Positions 13,599-25,983 of a DNA stretch of 64,000 nucleotides are shown piece after piece (positions within the stretch are counted from its first letter, which is position 1; every line of letters starts with the position of its first letter). The translations under genes and the position numbers were made by a program. The notes below the pieces were generated by a model. That model searched no databases, was not told the origin of the DNA, and saw only the letters and a list, made by a program, of their open reading frames with translations. Origin of the DNA: Octopus sinensis (Eukaryota); contig NC_043011.1 in NCBI RefSeq assembly GCF_006345805.1, positions 20,100,464 through 20,164,463 of the forward strand, read 5' to 3'.

Positions 13599-13605
13599 GT
13601 TGTTG

Positions 13606-13660
<55 letters not shown>

Positions 13661-13695
13661 GCTGTTGTTGTTGTTGTTGCTGTTATTATTATTAG

Positions 13696-14190
13696 TTACT
13701 TTTAATCTTCATGTTTGTTACAATCCTGGAAGCCAGTAAGGAGGATTGTTGATTTTATAGCGTTCACATATTTTCCAATGTAAATACTGTTCCACCCTAT
13801 CGTGACGAATTTTATATTCGTTTAATGTTGTTGTTGTTGTTGTTGTTATTACTATCATTATTATTGTTATTATTCATATAAACTCAACAGATTTGAATGT
13901 TGTAAAAGACAAGAATCCTAACATCGGGCTACAACAAGTAGCCTTAGATGCCAAGTACTTTACTGGGTTCTAGTACTTTACTGGGTTCATGTTCATACAA
14001 TTTATCAGCATGTTCAAATCCTAGCTTTCTACATAGCTCCCAGTGGATTGCTCTCTCTAGATTGTCATGTATTTACTTGTATTCATTCTGTACCAGCATG
14101 CTACATTCACTTACTATATGAGTAAGGCTTTCCTCTTTTGATTTGCAAAATCTACATTGGGAGTCTAGTTGGTTTTTGTCTTTCGAAAGC
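13696..14190 (-). mobile_element. R4/Dong-type LINE fragments (3' end and CCHC region)
   Basis: TTACTTTTAATCTTCATGTTTG at 13696 matches the 3' end of the R4 element at 49810. 14073-14190 encodes CRFCKSKEESLTHIVSECSMLVQNEYK, homologous to CRFCDTFDETIDHLVSGCPVLTPNEYK. Confidence 0.7.
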
Positions 14191-14239
14191 GGAAGTACGT
14201 CCCTGAAAGGCGATGAGCGATTAGGACCAGTCACAAGTG

Positions 14240-14645
14240 CCATCCCCGGAACCGGGGCATTGTATATCGAGAATTCGTTCCCCAGGGCCAGACCGTTAAT
14301 CGAGAATTCCTCTGCGACGTTTCGAAACGTTTCAGGGAGACATTCGGCGAAAGCGACCGAGTCGTTGGAGCGCAAATAATTGGATTTTTCACGACGCAAA
14401 TGCTTCGTCACCGAGCTCTCTTCACTCGTCACCTTCTATCCAAAAACGACAATGGAATCGCTTCCGCACCTGTCCTCGTTGCCAGGGTTAGCATCAACAG
14501 ACTTCCATCTCTTCCCCATACTGAGAACTCTTCCCCATACCGTTTTAACCCCACTGACGAGATGCAGAGCAAGTTGGAGAAGATCCTCGACTCACTTACG
14601 GAACACGAATTCCAAACCGGTTTCGAAAACTGGGAGGAACGATGT
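14240..14645 (+). mobile_element. Mariner transposase pseudogene fragment
   Basis: Frameshifted EFVPQGQTVN, IRRKRPSRW..NWIFHD, LPHLSSLPGLASTDFHLFP (a YSPDLAPxDFHLF-like motif), FENWEER. Confidence 0.8.
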
Positions 14646-15989
14646 GTGTGGATAGATGCATTGATATGTTTGCATGCATATATATGTATATATGTTGTCT
14701 TTCACAACCCCATGACGGTATTTGCTTCAACATCGAGATATTTCTATAGGTGGCTCATTGCAGGAAATCGCGTTTTATGTAAATGATTCATACGGTAATT
14801 AAAAAATTGACTGGGAGCGATTTTTCCACAATGGGGTATAATTACGAGAATAATTAAATCCATTACAATGGCCAAGTTAATATTTGGCGTAAATTAAAAA
14901 TTTGCATGCTCGATAGTGTTATGAACCGTCTCTCTGTTTTAAGAGTACAAATCTTTCAAAACTAACTCAACTTTTATTGGAACTGCATTTAATTGTCTTT
15001 GCTGTTAACTGTAGTTTTTAAAATGACTATGAACTAAATTGCTAGATATTTAAGTAAAAAACATGGTAATATATAGCAGATTGATATTAAAGATAGATGT
15101 TCTTCGGTTGCTTTCTATATTTATGTGTTTGTGTTAGCGAGACGATGATAAAAACGATAGAGAAGAAACCTCTTGCTAAAATATGTGGCGACAAGTACAT
15201 AATATTCAGTAGCATTGTTTGCAATGGGCATTTTCAGATATAAATGTGTTTATTTTTTATACAGCTAAAACAATACAACTCATAAGAAATAAGTCGAATA
15301 ATCAAATATTACTCTGTAGATTTCCTGAAAATCCTAAGCCTGGAAGAGTCAAAAACAAATTACAAGTACACACTTTCGACTCGTATTACACTAGGAAACA
15401 AGGTTTTGTAACAGAAGATCAAATAGGTGTAAGAATTTGATCAATAAAATTTACTTACCACGCAGCCACTCCTACGCCTATAAATTCTGGTGGAGCAATG
15501 GCAATTTCGCTAAACATTTTGCTTAATCTAATAAGCATATTGTATTTTCATACACATCTGGCTGCTGCTGCTTCTTGATGCGTACTGCCATATGTGATCT
15601 GCATCTACCGCATAGGAGATATATGTGATTTAAAACTGCTGCTATTGCTGCCATATTTGCACGAATAAAACATATGAAAATCCATACGATACATTTTTCT
15701 TTTTGATATTTTTTTTTTTTTGAAAAACAGAAGATATAAATTTCTCTTGTTTCAATATTCCTTTAGTCATTTATTATATATTTTCAGAGTTTTTTTTTTT
15801 AAATACATTTTTAGCTTTAATATTAGTACTGAAACTTATTACACTGAAGCACAATTAAGTAAATCAATATATCGAAACAATTAATTTCCCAAAACATGCT
15901 TAGAAAACGCACGGAGAGAGGCAATGTGGCATTTGTCAGATATAGAAGTGCAGTAATGATTTTCACTATATAAATAGAATTTCTGCCCT

Positions 15990-16140
<151 letters not shown>

Positions 16141-16520
16141 CGTCATTATATATATGTGTGTATTTGAGTGTATAATATATCTATATGTATGCTTTTATGT
16201 GCTTCCTGTGTTTCCTTTTATAAATAGATATACTAGCGTGCGTATGCGTCAGAGTGTAAATATACACATGTGAATATAAAGATATGAATATATGTATATT
16301 ATAGGTTATGTATATGTCATTGCATATATCTATGTATGTAGATCTGTATGTATACATACTTATATGTTTAATATATATGTATATGTATATACATTTGTAT
16401 AATTTATATATGTGTGAGTGTAGATGTGTGTATGCATATATAAATATATATATATATGTATATATTTATCTATGTATGTATAGATATATGTTTATGTACG
16501 TATGCGTGTACATGTGTGTG

Positions 16521-16552
<32 letters not shown>

Positions 16553-17549
16553 AGGGGGAGAGAGAGAGGGAGAGAGAGAGAGAGCGACAGAGGGACTGAT
16601 AGAGAGAGGCAGAAAGAGACATACATATATGCTACTAGGGCTTTGTAATTATTTGAATATGTAGTTCGGGCTATGTCTATAGTGACTAGAGAAATACGTA
16701 CAGTCTTTTAAAGTAGATTCCATCTTTAAGAATTGGCATCACGTTGTTAATTGCCTCTAAAAGTTATTTGGTTGTACTAATGACGTATACATAATGTTAC
16801 TTAATGAGTCACTACAGCAAAACTTACCTTTTCTTCACCCCTCTCCGTGTACCTACCTCCTATTTGTCTGCTCACTTTGTTATAAAATAATCAACTATGT
16901 AAATATGAATAAGTATGGGTATATATAAACAGGTGAGTATAAGTATACTTTTATTTTATGTGTATATATTTATGTAAGTAGATCACTCTTCGTGGTAACC
17001 AGTAGAACCTGTGTCATAGTCGAGTCGTTGATGACTGAACTGGCCAACTTAGCTAAGATATTTTCGTTTAACGACCTGCAAGATTAGAACCAAAACCTCT
17101 CACAAGGCGGATGGAGACAATAGAAGAATTGGCTCTCCAACAGTAAAGAGTAACACCTGCGATTTCGTTTGCATCATTTGGTGTGGGCTAGTTCTTATTG
17201 GGAAAATTATTCCGAAAGTGTGATTGCGCGCTCTACGAGGTCATTCTTCACTTTAAAAAGCTTCAGACACAGAAATCGCTTTATTGGCTAATTTCTCTAT
17301 AATATATTGCATTTTATGGTTGGCATTAACCGCAAAAATACAAAACACTCAAGGGAAATTTCGTTGATGGAATGAAGGCATGTATCAGCGTGTGTGGTAA
17401 GCTCTCTAAACACCTACTGCAAGAGGCGCCCATCTTTGCCACATTTTGCAAAGGAGTGTAAGACTGTTAGGAATAGATGGGGCAAAATTTAGAGAACAAT
17501 CAAGCATTGGTATTGCCCGAAATCAAGTTGCAGAGATCATGTAGGTATA

Positions 17550-17790
17550 TATGTGTGTGTGTGAGTGCGTGTGTATGTGTCTGTCTGTGTCTGTGTATGT
17601 GGATGGATGGATGGGTTTATGTATGTATCTATGTATGTATATATGTATTTATGTATGTATGTATGTATTTATGTATGTATGTATGTATGTATGTATGTAT
17701 GTATGTATGTATGTATGTATTTATGTATGTATGTATGTATGTATTTATGTATGTATGTATGTATGTATTTATGTATGTATGTATGTATTG
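17550..17790. repeat. (TG)n/(TGTA)n compound microsatellite
   Basis: Direct reading. Confidence 0.95.
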
Positions 17791-17925
17791 CACACAATCA
17801 CACATGCGTGAAGGTGGGTAACTGTGACTTCCAGCGTAAATAAAAGAATATAAACTTCACGACACGTATTGAATTTCTTCACGTCCAGATAAATGTAAGA
17901 TATATATATATATATATATACACCC

Positions 17926-17956
<31 letters not shown>

Positions 17957-18641
17957 ATATATATATAAAAATTAGAGATTATAAATACATACATATGAGT
18001 GTTTGTGTGAGTGTGTGCGTTTGTATATATGTATGTGTATGTTATTGTGTTTTTATAATAAATATGTATCTTCGTTTATTTTTATGTGGGTATTACGCAT
18101 GTATTGCCCATAATAAAGGATGCATGAAGATATATGTCAGCTATCCTTCAGTGTTGAGTAAAAATAAACTCTAAATCAAGTATTCAATACTCTTTTGTTC
18201 CATATTTAACATAAACGTGCTTGTGTATATATACACATATTCATATTTTATAATGTGCTTGTGTTGGCATCTAAACATACGTGTGTTTATATATGTATTT
18301 TTGTATGTATGAGAGTATGTATGTGCTTCACTTAGTCAGAGATGCGTAAAGCTCTATGGCAGTGATCCTTCTATGTTAGATAATAAAATCTCTATTGAAC
18401 TCTTTCTTCCATTTTTGCTCATAAACAAAAGTGTATATACATACATGTATATGTATATATATATATATGTGTGTGTGTGTTTGTATATATATATATATAT
18501 ATATATAATATATGATAGATATAGCTCTATATGTAAATATATATATATATATATATATGTATCTATATACATTTCTCTTATTCGTAGATATATCAATCTA
18601 TAGATATAAGCATAATATATAAGCCAATACACATACACTAC

Positions 18642-18680
<39 letters not shown>

Positions 18681-19319
18681 TATATATGCGTGTGTGTGTG
18701 TGTGTGTATACGTATGTATCTATACCTATTGGTATATCTGTGTGTGTATATAAATATGTATACATGCATGTTTGTCTGTGTGCATGTGTGGGAATGTTCT
18801 GTATTGAGGGACCGTTTCGCCTTTGACGTCAGCAACGCCTTAGAATTTATATTACATAACATTATGAAATGCTGGAGGAACTTTTCTAAATTGATTTAGA
18901 GATATGTAACATGTACAACTTCCCTTTCATTCGCTTCCTTGCTATTTACAGTGGAGAAGGAGGTCTTGATGAATATTCTTCAAAGTAATTTGTCTTTTAT
19001 CAAACCTTAAACATTAGATCCATAACCGAAGTAGAGCTATCAGAGATTCAATCCATACTTAAAAAGCTTTTGGTCTTTTATTTTAAATGTTACGAGTATC
19101 CTACCACCATTCAGTCGGCTTTTACCAACAATATGTCTGATGTCGTGCTAAATACGTGATCCAACACCGCATTTACTATCGTATCAATAATAAATCACGC
19201 AAACATGTTTTAATTTTTCTGTCTTCTTCTATTGGAAGACAAATAGTGTGTAACCACTACGAGTGTGTTGTTATTAAGAATATTAGTAATATTATTAAAC
19301 GGCGTTTTATTCACTTTCA

Positions 19320-19870
19320 CCTCATTATCATCATCTATCATCGTTGTCAGCATCATCACTAACCTACTACTACTACTACTACCACTACTACTACTCACTT
19401 TTATTCTCACTTTCACCATCATCAGTATCATTATTTGCATCATTATCATCATCGTCATTAATTTCATCATCATCATGCTTCGCATCATCATCATCATCAT
19501 CATCATTATCATCATCGATAATATCAGCTTTATCATCGCCCTCATCAATGTCATTATTCGTTCGCATCGTCATTATTTTCATCATCGTCGTGGTCATCAT
19601 CATCATCATCATCACAACCATCACTATCGCCACATCCAAAATTCATCCGCCTCCTCTTCACCATCACCACCACCACTATCATCATCATCATCATCATCAT
19701 CATCATCTTCACCATCATCATTATCATCATCACAGCGACTACCGTGTCGCCTCCGTTTACATAGTGATCATTATCAGCAGCAGCTCAACCATCACGACAA
19801 CCATCATCATCATCATCATCACCATCATCGTCGTCTCTTTTACTGCCATCATTAGTATCATTATTATTCT
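19320..19870. repeat. Degenerate (CAT)n/(CTA)n/(CAC)n trinucleotide field
   Basis: Direct reading; explains the poly-I/S/H ORFs. Confidence 0.9.
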
Positions 19871-21057
19871 CGGTTCAACGACATTTTGTTGATATAATCA
19901 CTCTATGTCTAAATATAATTGCTGTCGTGATTAGAAATGCTTTTCAGTAATTTATATGAGATAGAGACGCAGACATACCGAGAGGGACAGTTAGTCAATC
20001 AGATAAACATAGAGAGAAAAAGAAAGAGAGGAGGAGAGAGGGAGAGAGCAACGAGGAGAGCAATGATTATTAAGAGCACATTACTGACAAAAGCCATATG
20101 CAAGTCAGTAATTTCTGAGGTTGGGTTAATATTTGGAAAATTATTCCAGATAAATTAATATTCCTGAAACGCTATAATCAATCGAAATAACAAAACACCA
20201 ATACCGGTAGCAATCAGGTAATTCCATTGCATGGCACCCTGCCTATTTTAACGCAACATACATCAAGTAATATTTCGAAGAATACTGTAATTTTAAGGTT
20301 TATCGTGCGTAATGTCACGTAAGCATTTGCGAGCAAATAATGTGACTTAATTGAAAATTGGCGGTGAACGAAACGAGGAGAAGATATGCAGGTTAGATAT
20401 GCAGAGAATTTACTAAAATTTAAATGCGCTAGTACTTAAATTAATTTAGGAAATGTATTCATGCAAAATTTGTTTCTTTTCATTGCATTTTCAGAGACCA
20501 TACAAGGACACTTCTACATTATTTTCAGCTACTCTGCAGATGGAAATAACTCTCGCTTCTTAAACGCAACTGTTAGTTTGAATTCAACGTTAATGTTAAG
20601 TATTTTTTTTAAATGGAAGAAGTCTTTTGCACATATGTCTCAAACAGAATGTCAAAATCTGAAGCCACATAAATCAATATCAATGAATTGAATATACCTC
20701 TATTATTCTTTGTTTAAATATATATATATATTTATAAAACTATTTCCAACTACACTATGTTCCAAAAATAGACTGTTAGCATTTTTCTTGATTCCAGCAT
20801 AGAAATTTGGTATTAATTACTGGAATAAATTCTAATAAGATATATAAAAGTCTGTTTTTAATTTCTTGCTAATTTCTTTTTATAAATCGATGCGCATATA
20901 AAGATTTGTATGGTATTATATGTATGGGTGTATAGCATGTATGTGTGTTTGATTGTGTATGTGTGCGTGTTAAAGGTTATGTGGTTACGTGTAGGTGTTT
21001 TCTGGGAGAATTAATTCTCGTTTTATTTTTTCAGTTTTTTTATCTATACTTATAGAT

Positions 21058-21225
21058 GGAGTGGCTGTGTGGTAAGTAGCTTGTTTACCAACCACATGGT
21101 TCCGGGTTCAGTCCCACTGCGTGGCACCTTGGGCAAGTGTCTTCTATTATAGCCTCGGGCCAACCAAAGCCTTGTGAGTAGATTTGGTAGACGGAAACTA
21201 AAAGAAGCCCGTCGTATATATGAGT
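21058..21225 (+). mobile_element. tRNA-derived SINE family B, 5' half only
   Basis: GGAGTGGCTGTGTGGTAAGTAGC...GGTTCAGTCCC...CCTTGGGCAAGTGTCTTC...AGAAGCCCGTCGTATATAT; same as 44081 and 58121. Confidence 0.9.
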
Positions 21226-23365
21226 ATATATAGAAATCTACTAACACAAACAGAAACTGGCTCCCTAAAAAGAAAAAAAACACTCATCAGGCGCATCAAA
21301 AGACTCAACAAAAAAATCAACCAATTAAAATATTCCCACACACAACATCCACATTCAACAACAATGAAAAGACTAGAGCTGGAAAAACTTCATCTGCAGA
21401 CTAACATGAAAACCTCCATTGAAAATCAAAGAGCTGTGGAGGAACAATGGGTAATCAAAAACATCAAACAGAACCCAAAAGTGTTCTATTCTTATGCAAA
21501 TAAGCATAGAACCACTGTCTCACCCATTGGGCCATTGATTGATGATAACGGCATTCCCCAACACGATGCTAAAGAAATGGCAGAAATACTGCAGAAACAA
21601 TACTGCTCTGTCTTCAGTGTTCCCACTGATATTGATGTGAGGGAAACGAACGAAGTTGACTCCCAACACAAAATCGCAGACATAACCTTCACTGCCACCG
21701 ACATCGTAGCAGCAATAAATGAGGTCAAACATTACTCTGCTGTAGGCCCTGATAGATTTCCCGCTAGTCTCCTGAAGGAATGTAGTTATCAACTTGCACT
21801 CCCTCTGACCAACCTCTGGAGAAACTCGTTAGACGCAGGTTATATACCGAAACAGTTTCTATCCCAGTCGGTCATCCCGGTTTTCAAACAGGGAAACAGA
21901 TCCCTCGCAGTCAACTATCGCCCAATCTCACTCACCTCCCACATCATTAAAGTGTTTGAAAGAGTGTTAAGATCAAGGATAGCTGACTTCCTGGAGACCC
22001 ACAAACTCCTAAATTCAAATCAGCATGGCTTTCGCTGTGGCAGGGACTGTCTAACACAGCTCTTACACCACATTGAAGATGTACTCAAAGCCTTGGGAAC
22101 AGGTTCGAACTCTGACGTCATATATCTTGACTTCAGTAAAGCGTTCGACAGGGTAGACCATAACATCCTACTCTCAAAATTGGAAAATGTTGGAATCCGT
22201 GGAAAAGTTCTACACTGGATTCAGTATTTCCTGGCGAATAGAACACAACATGTTGTAGTTGATGGAGTCCACTCAAACCCAGCAAAAGTCGCCAGCGGTG
22301 TTCCCCAGGGAACTGTTTTGGGTCCGCTACTCTTCATAATTTACGTAAACGACCTTTCCAGTGTCGTACATCACTGCAAAGTGCAAATATTCGCTGATGA
22401 CACTAAGCTCCAGCAAATCGTCAATGAAGAAGCAGACCGAACTCAACTCCAGTCTGATCTATACGCTGTGAGTCAATGGGCAGACAGAAACAAAATGCAA
22501 CTGAATGAGGGAAAATTTGAGCTGATGCATTTTGGAAGAAATTCCTCACTAAAACAACCATACTCTCTTCCTTCAGGGGAACCGCTCACAGCCTCTAACA
22601 ATATCAGAGACCTGGGTGTAATTGTTGATGACGATCTCAGTTGGAGTGCACACATCAACAAGAAGGTCGATATAGCTCGTAGGATGAGTTCCTGGATCTT
22701 AAGAACTTTCCGGTCCAGAGAACAAGGTGTCATCATACCACTTTTTTCCTCCTTTGTACGGCCACACCTTGAATACTGCTGCCCACTGTGGTCTCCCCAT
22801 ACAAGACAAAACATCTCCAGAATTGAGTCACCCCAGAGGGCACTCACTAAACTCACTAAACGAATTGAAGGCATGGCTGCTCTCGATTATTGGGATCGCC
22901 TTAAAGCCTTGAAACTTTACTCCCTCCAGCGTCGCCGTGAGCTGTACATCATTTGTACGATGTGGAAAATATACCGCCAACTTTGCCCAAACGACCTAAA
23001 CATTAGCTTCAAGGTTGATCCAAGACTTGGACCACGGGCTATACGTCCCCTGCAAAATTCAAGATCACAACATACATGTACACTGCAACATAATTTCTTT
23101 TCCTCAACAGGCCCTGCCCTATTTAACATTGTCCCGAGGGAGATCAAAGAGGAAAAGGATCCCATCAACTTCAGAGTCTGGATAGATTCCTTCAAAGAAT
23201 ACCAGATAAGCCACCCATAATTGGATACAACTCACCCAACAAGAACTCACTACTTGAACAAAACTTGACTTAAACAGGATTCGAATAATCCTATCAGGTG
23301 GTGCTATTAAGTTAGACATGGCCTGGACCAATCTCTGGTCGAAACATATCTAAGTTTTATCTAAG
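21226..23365 (+). mobile_element. CR1-group non-LTR retrotransposon, 5'-truncated (RT present, endonuclease missing)
   Basis: ORF 21220-23220: YRPISLTS, YLDFSKAFDRVDH, SGVPQGTVLGPLLF, FADDTK, RPHLEYCC. A frameshift near 23198 moves the C-terminus IPDKPPIIGY...NSLLEQNLT* (stop at 23273) to another frame. The 3' end carries ATCTAAG repeats. Confidence 0.9.
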
Positions 23366-24154
23366 ATAAAGAAAATCAGAAGAAATGTAGTAAACGTCAG
23401 AAATGCGATAAACGCTCATCATACAATTAAGAAATTTCGAAATTATACAAAAGAAAATGTAACAAAGTCCGTAACACTTCTAGTATGAGTGTGGAAATTC
23501 GTCTGCACCAGTATTTTGAATAGGAAACAACGGGCAGAAAATTCAGCAAATTGTATAAACACTTTACAATAAAAGCATCCAATTTACCAAGAAATCTCCT
23601 TTTAAAGTTCCTGTTGACCTTCAGAATTGAGGTTTCTTTCTGTAACCCGAAGGTTATTCTATATATTCAGAAACAGAGTAGCCATAGATTCTTCACTCAG
23701 GCCAATTATTTGCGGCGTTTCATTGTGGCAAGAGGTGAAAAATAAGATAATTGAACATCATACAGATAGTATATCATCTGATTTATTGCTTGTGATGGAC
23801 AGGTGGTAGGCTTAATGAAGTTCTGAAAAATCCTATTCGCAAATTTACCGTTTATCAGAGATTTAGCGTGAATTCAAACAATATCAAAATCCTATTCTTT
23901 GATATTACGTTAGGAAGAAGGAGCAATACATATAACTGCTCAGTCTTCCTAAAAACCAAGCGCAAATGCCTATACATTCACGAGAGTAGAACGTTTCATT
24001 ATAGAATTAAAATGGTCGTGACGAAAAACTTTTTTAAATCGTATTTCTACATTTTTATTCACGAACGACCTTATAAGTAAAAAGATTACGAGAATCAGTC
24101 GATCTATAATTATTGGTTGACTGATTCTTGTAATTAATAAAAGATTATTGTATA

Positions 24155-24233
24155 TTGGGTTTTCCGGGAAGTTCGTGCCGTTTTTAAAGGAAAGAAAAAG
24201 GTCAACAAATACTTGCCATTACATTTTTAATCA
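24155..24233 (+). mobile_element. Probable mariner terminal fragment abutting the tandem array
   Basis: TA followed by TTGGGTTTTCCGGGAAGTTCGTGCCG resembles mariner TIRs from memory; no partner TIR seen. Confidence 0.4.
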
Positions 24234-25983
24234 AAATCCTACCCATTTGGTCGGTTGTGTTTTTTTCGGCTCCTGAAAATTCGGTAAAAAAGAACAAAAA
24301 GCGTTGTTGTTGTTGTGGAAATTCTGAACGGCGTTAACGCGGTTTCGCGTTTCGCTCGTTAAACTTTTTTCTGTTTTGGCGGCCGTTTTCGGTCTGTCAG
24401 ACAGAAGGAAATGGACTATGAGTCTTTAACAGACTTGTCCACGACAGATGAGGAACTGGAACAGGCAATTACAATGAAGCAGATGGAAGAAAAGGCTGGA
24501 GTTTTCGAGTCTTTATCAGACTTGTCTACGTCTGAGAAGGAGCTAGAAATGGCAGCGAGGAAATTGGACGAGAAGCTGGGTTATACCTATGCCGGTGTAA
24601 CCAAGAAGGCGGAAGAGAAAGGGGTCGACTTGGCCAAGCTACCAAGTTACCAGAAATACATAAAAAAGGAAAGCGGTGAGGTGGAACTAGCACCGACACC
24701 CAGGAGAAAAGAATGGTATGATAAGAGGACCATTATTTACAGGCTGTTCGCAAACGAAAGGAAGAGGGTAGAAGTTGTAACCATGGAGTGGATAGAGGAA
24801 GCCCTGCGAAGAACTGAGGAGGAAATTAATTTTCTGACTCGAGGATCCAAGTACGGTACCGTAGTTGTGCATTTTAAAAGTGAGTCTGCAGCGAGGAAGA
24901 TGGCGGCGAAGGCGGTGAAGTCAGAAAAGGTAACACTGTTACCTACGTATTTAAACAGAAGGATTACACGAATAAGGGTGGAGGGAGTGCCACCAAACGT
25001 GGTGGCAGAGTGGATTGTGGCGGCTGTGATCAGCGGCCACGAGGAGGAAGTAGATATTCTCCATGCCTCGGTTAAGTCCGAGGGCTGGAGAGGCGTAACA
25101 GTGGAGCTGAACGTGCAGGCAGAGAACGAGGTACTGGTGGACCTGGCGGAAAGCATCAGATTGGGAGACGTGATCATGAGAGTGTGGGTGGAGGGCAGAG
25201 CTCCACGTTGTTACAAGTGTGGCCTGAGGGGTCACATAAGAGCCTTCTGCCCTCCCCCAGGGAAAGAAATGGATTCCGAACCACACAGAGAGAAGCAGAA
25301 ACCAGAGGAGAAGGAGACAGTAGAAGAGGAAGAGAATACACAGAAATGGAAGGAAGCTGGAAATAAGAGGAAGAGAAGAATACGTGGAAAAGAAAATAAT
25401 ATGGAACACCAATCTACCCCAAAACCACCCACACCCTCTGAGTCCCACCCTATCCATGCAGACATTGAACCCACCCGCTCCCCCCCAACAAGAAAACAAA
25501 AGAAAAAAAATAATACACACACAAGAGATTGAAATCGATATCAGGCCGTACATTTGTACTATGACTGAACAGAAAGAAGTTAAAAGTCTAATGGAAGAGT
25601 ATAAATGGTATGATGTTGGTGAGACTAGGTATGCTGTGATTGAAAAGAAGAACATAGATGAGTTTATGGTGAGGTGTGAAAGGGAGAATTGGGAGGTGAA
25701 AGATATAAGAATGAGCGATGAATTCGTGGAAAATATGGATGAGTATTTCGGAGTAAGAATGGATATGGAATTTATTCGTATTGGCAAAGAACATTCAAGT
25801 GACGATGAAAAACAAAGGACAGGTAAGTGATGCTGACGGACGGGGCCGTTGGTATCGCTTTCATACTATCATTTTCTTTCACTTAACAATTCATTTTTCA
25901 TAAATTTTAATTATAATATTCTATGTCCCCATGTCTTTTGGTGTCCCCCTCTGTGTCGCCCCCTGGTGGGTAATAAAGAATCA
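24234..25983 (+). mobile_element. ORF1-only L1/Tx1-type retroelement, tandem unit 1
   Basis: GC-rich leader, ORF 24411-25830 (frameshift at (CA)4 near 25518), short 3' UTR ending GGGTAATAAAGAATC. Confidence 0.8.
24411..25830 (+). pseudogene. L1/Tx1-type ORF1p-like nucleic-acid-binding protein (RRM-like region + CCHC knuckle), frameshifted
   Basis: RIRVEGVPPN and VWVEGRAPRCYKCGLRGHIRAFC (C-x2-C-x4-H-x4-C at 25209-25250); the C-terminal part continues in another frame to KQRTGK*. Confidence 0.8.

Noticed and set aside
17000-17530. GC-richer segment possibly a decayed LINE C-terminus (CSRCLESLPHTLIH on the minus strand)
   Set aside because: One weak motif amid stops; cannot classify.
18824-18831. 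Perfect CRE palindrome TGACGTCA and a possible 33-nt micro-exon near 18950
   Set aside because: A single 8-mer and an isolated AG/GT pair are not evidence of a gene.
19210-19892. Poly-His/Ser/Ile ORFs up to 196 aa
   Set aside because: Products of a degenerate (CAT)n field; no domain or splice support.
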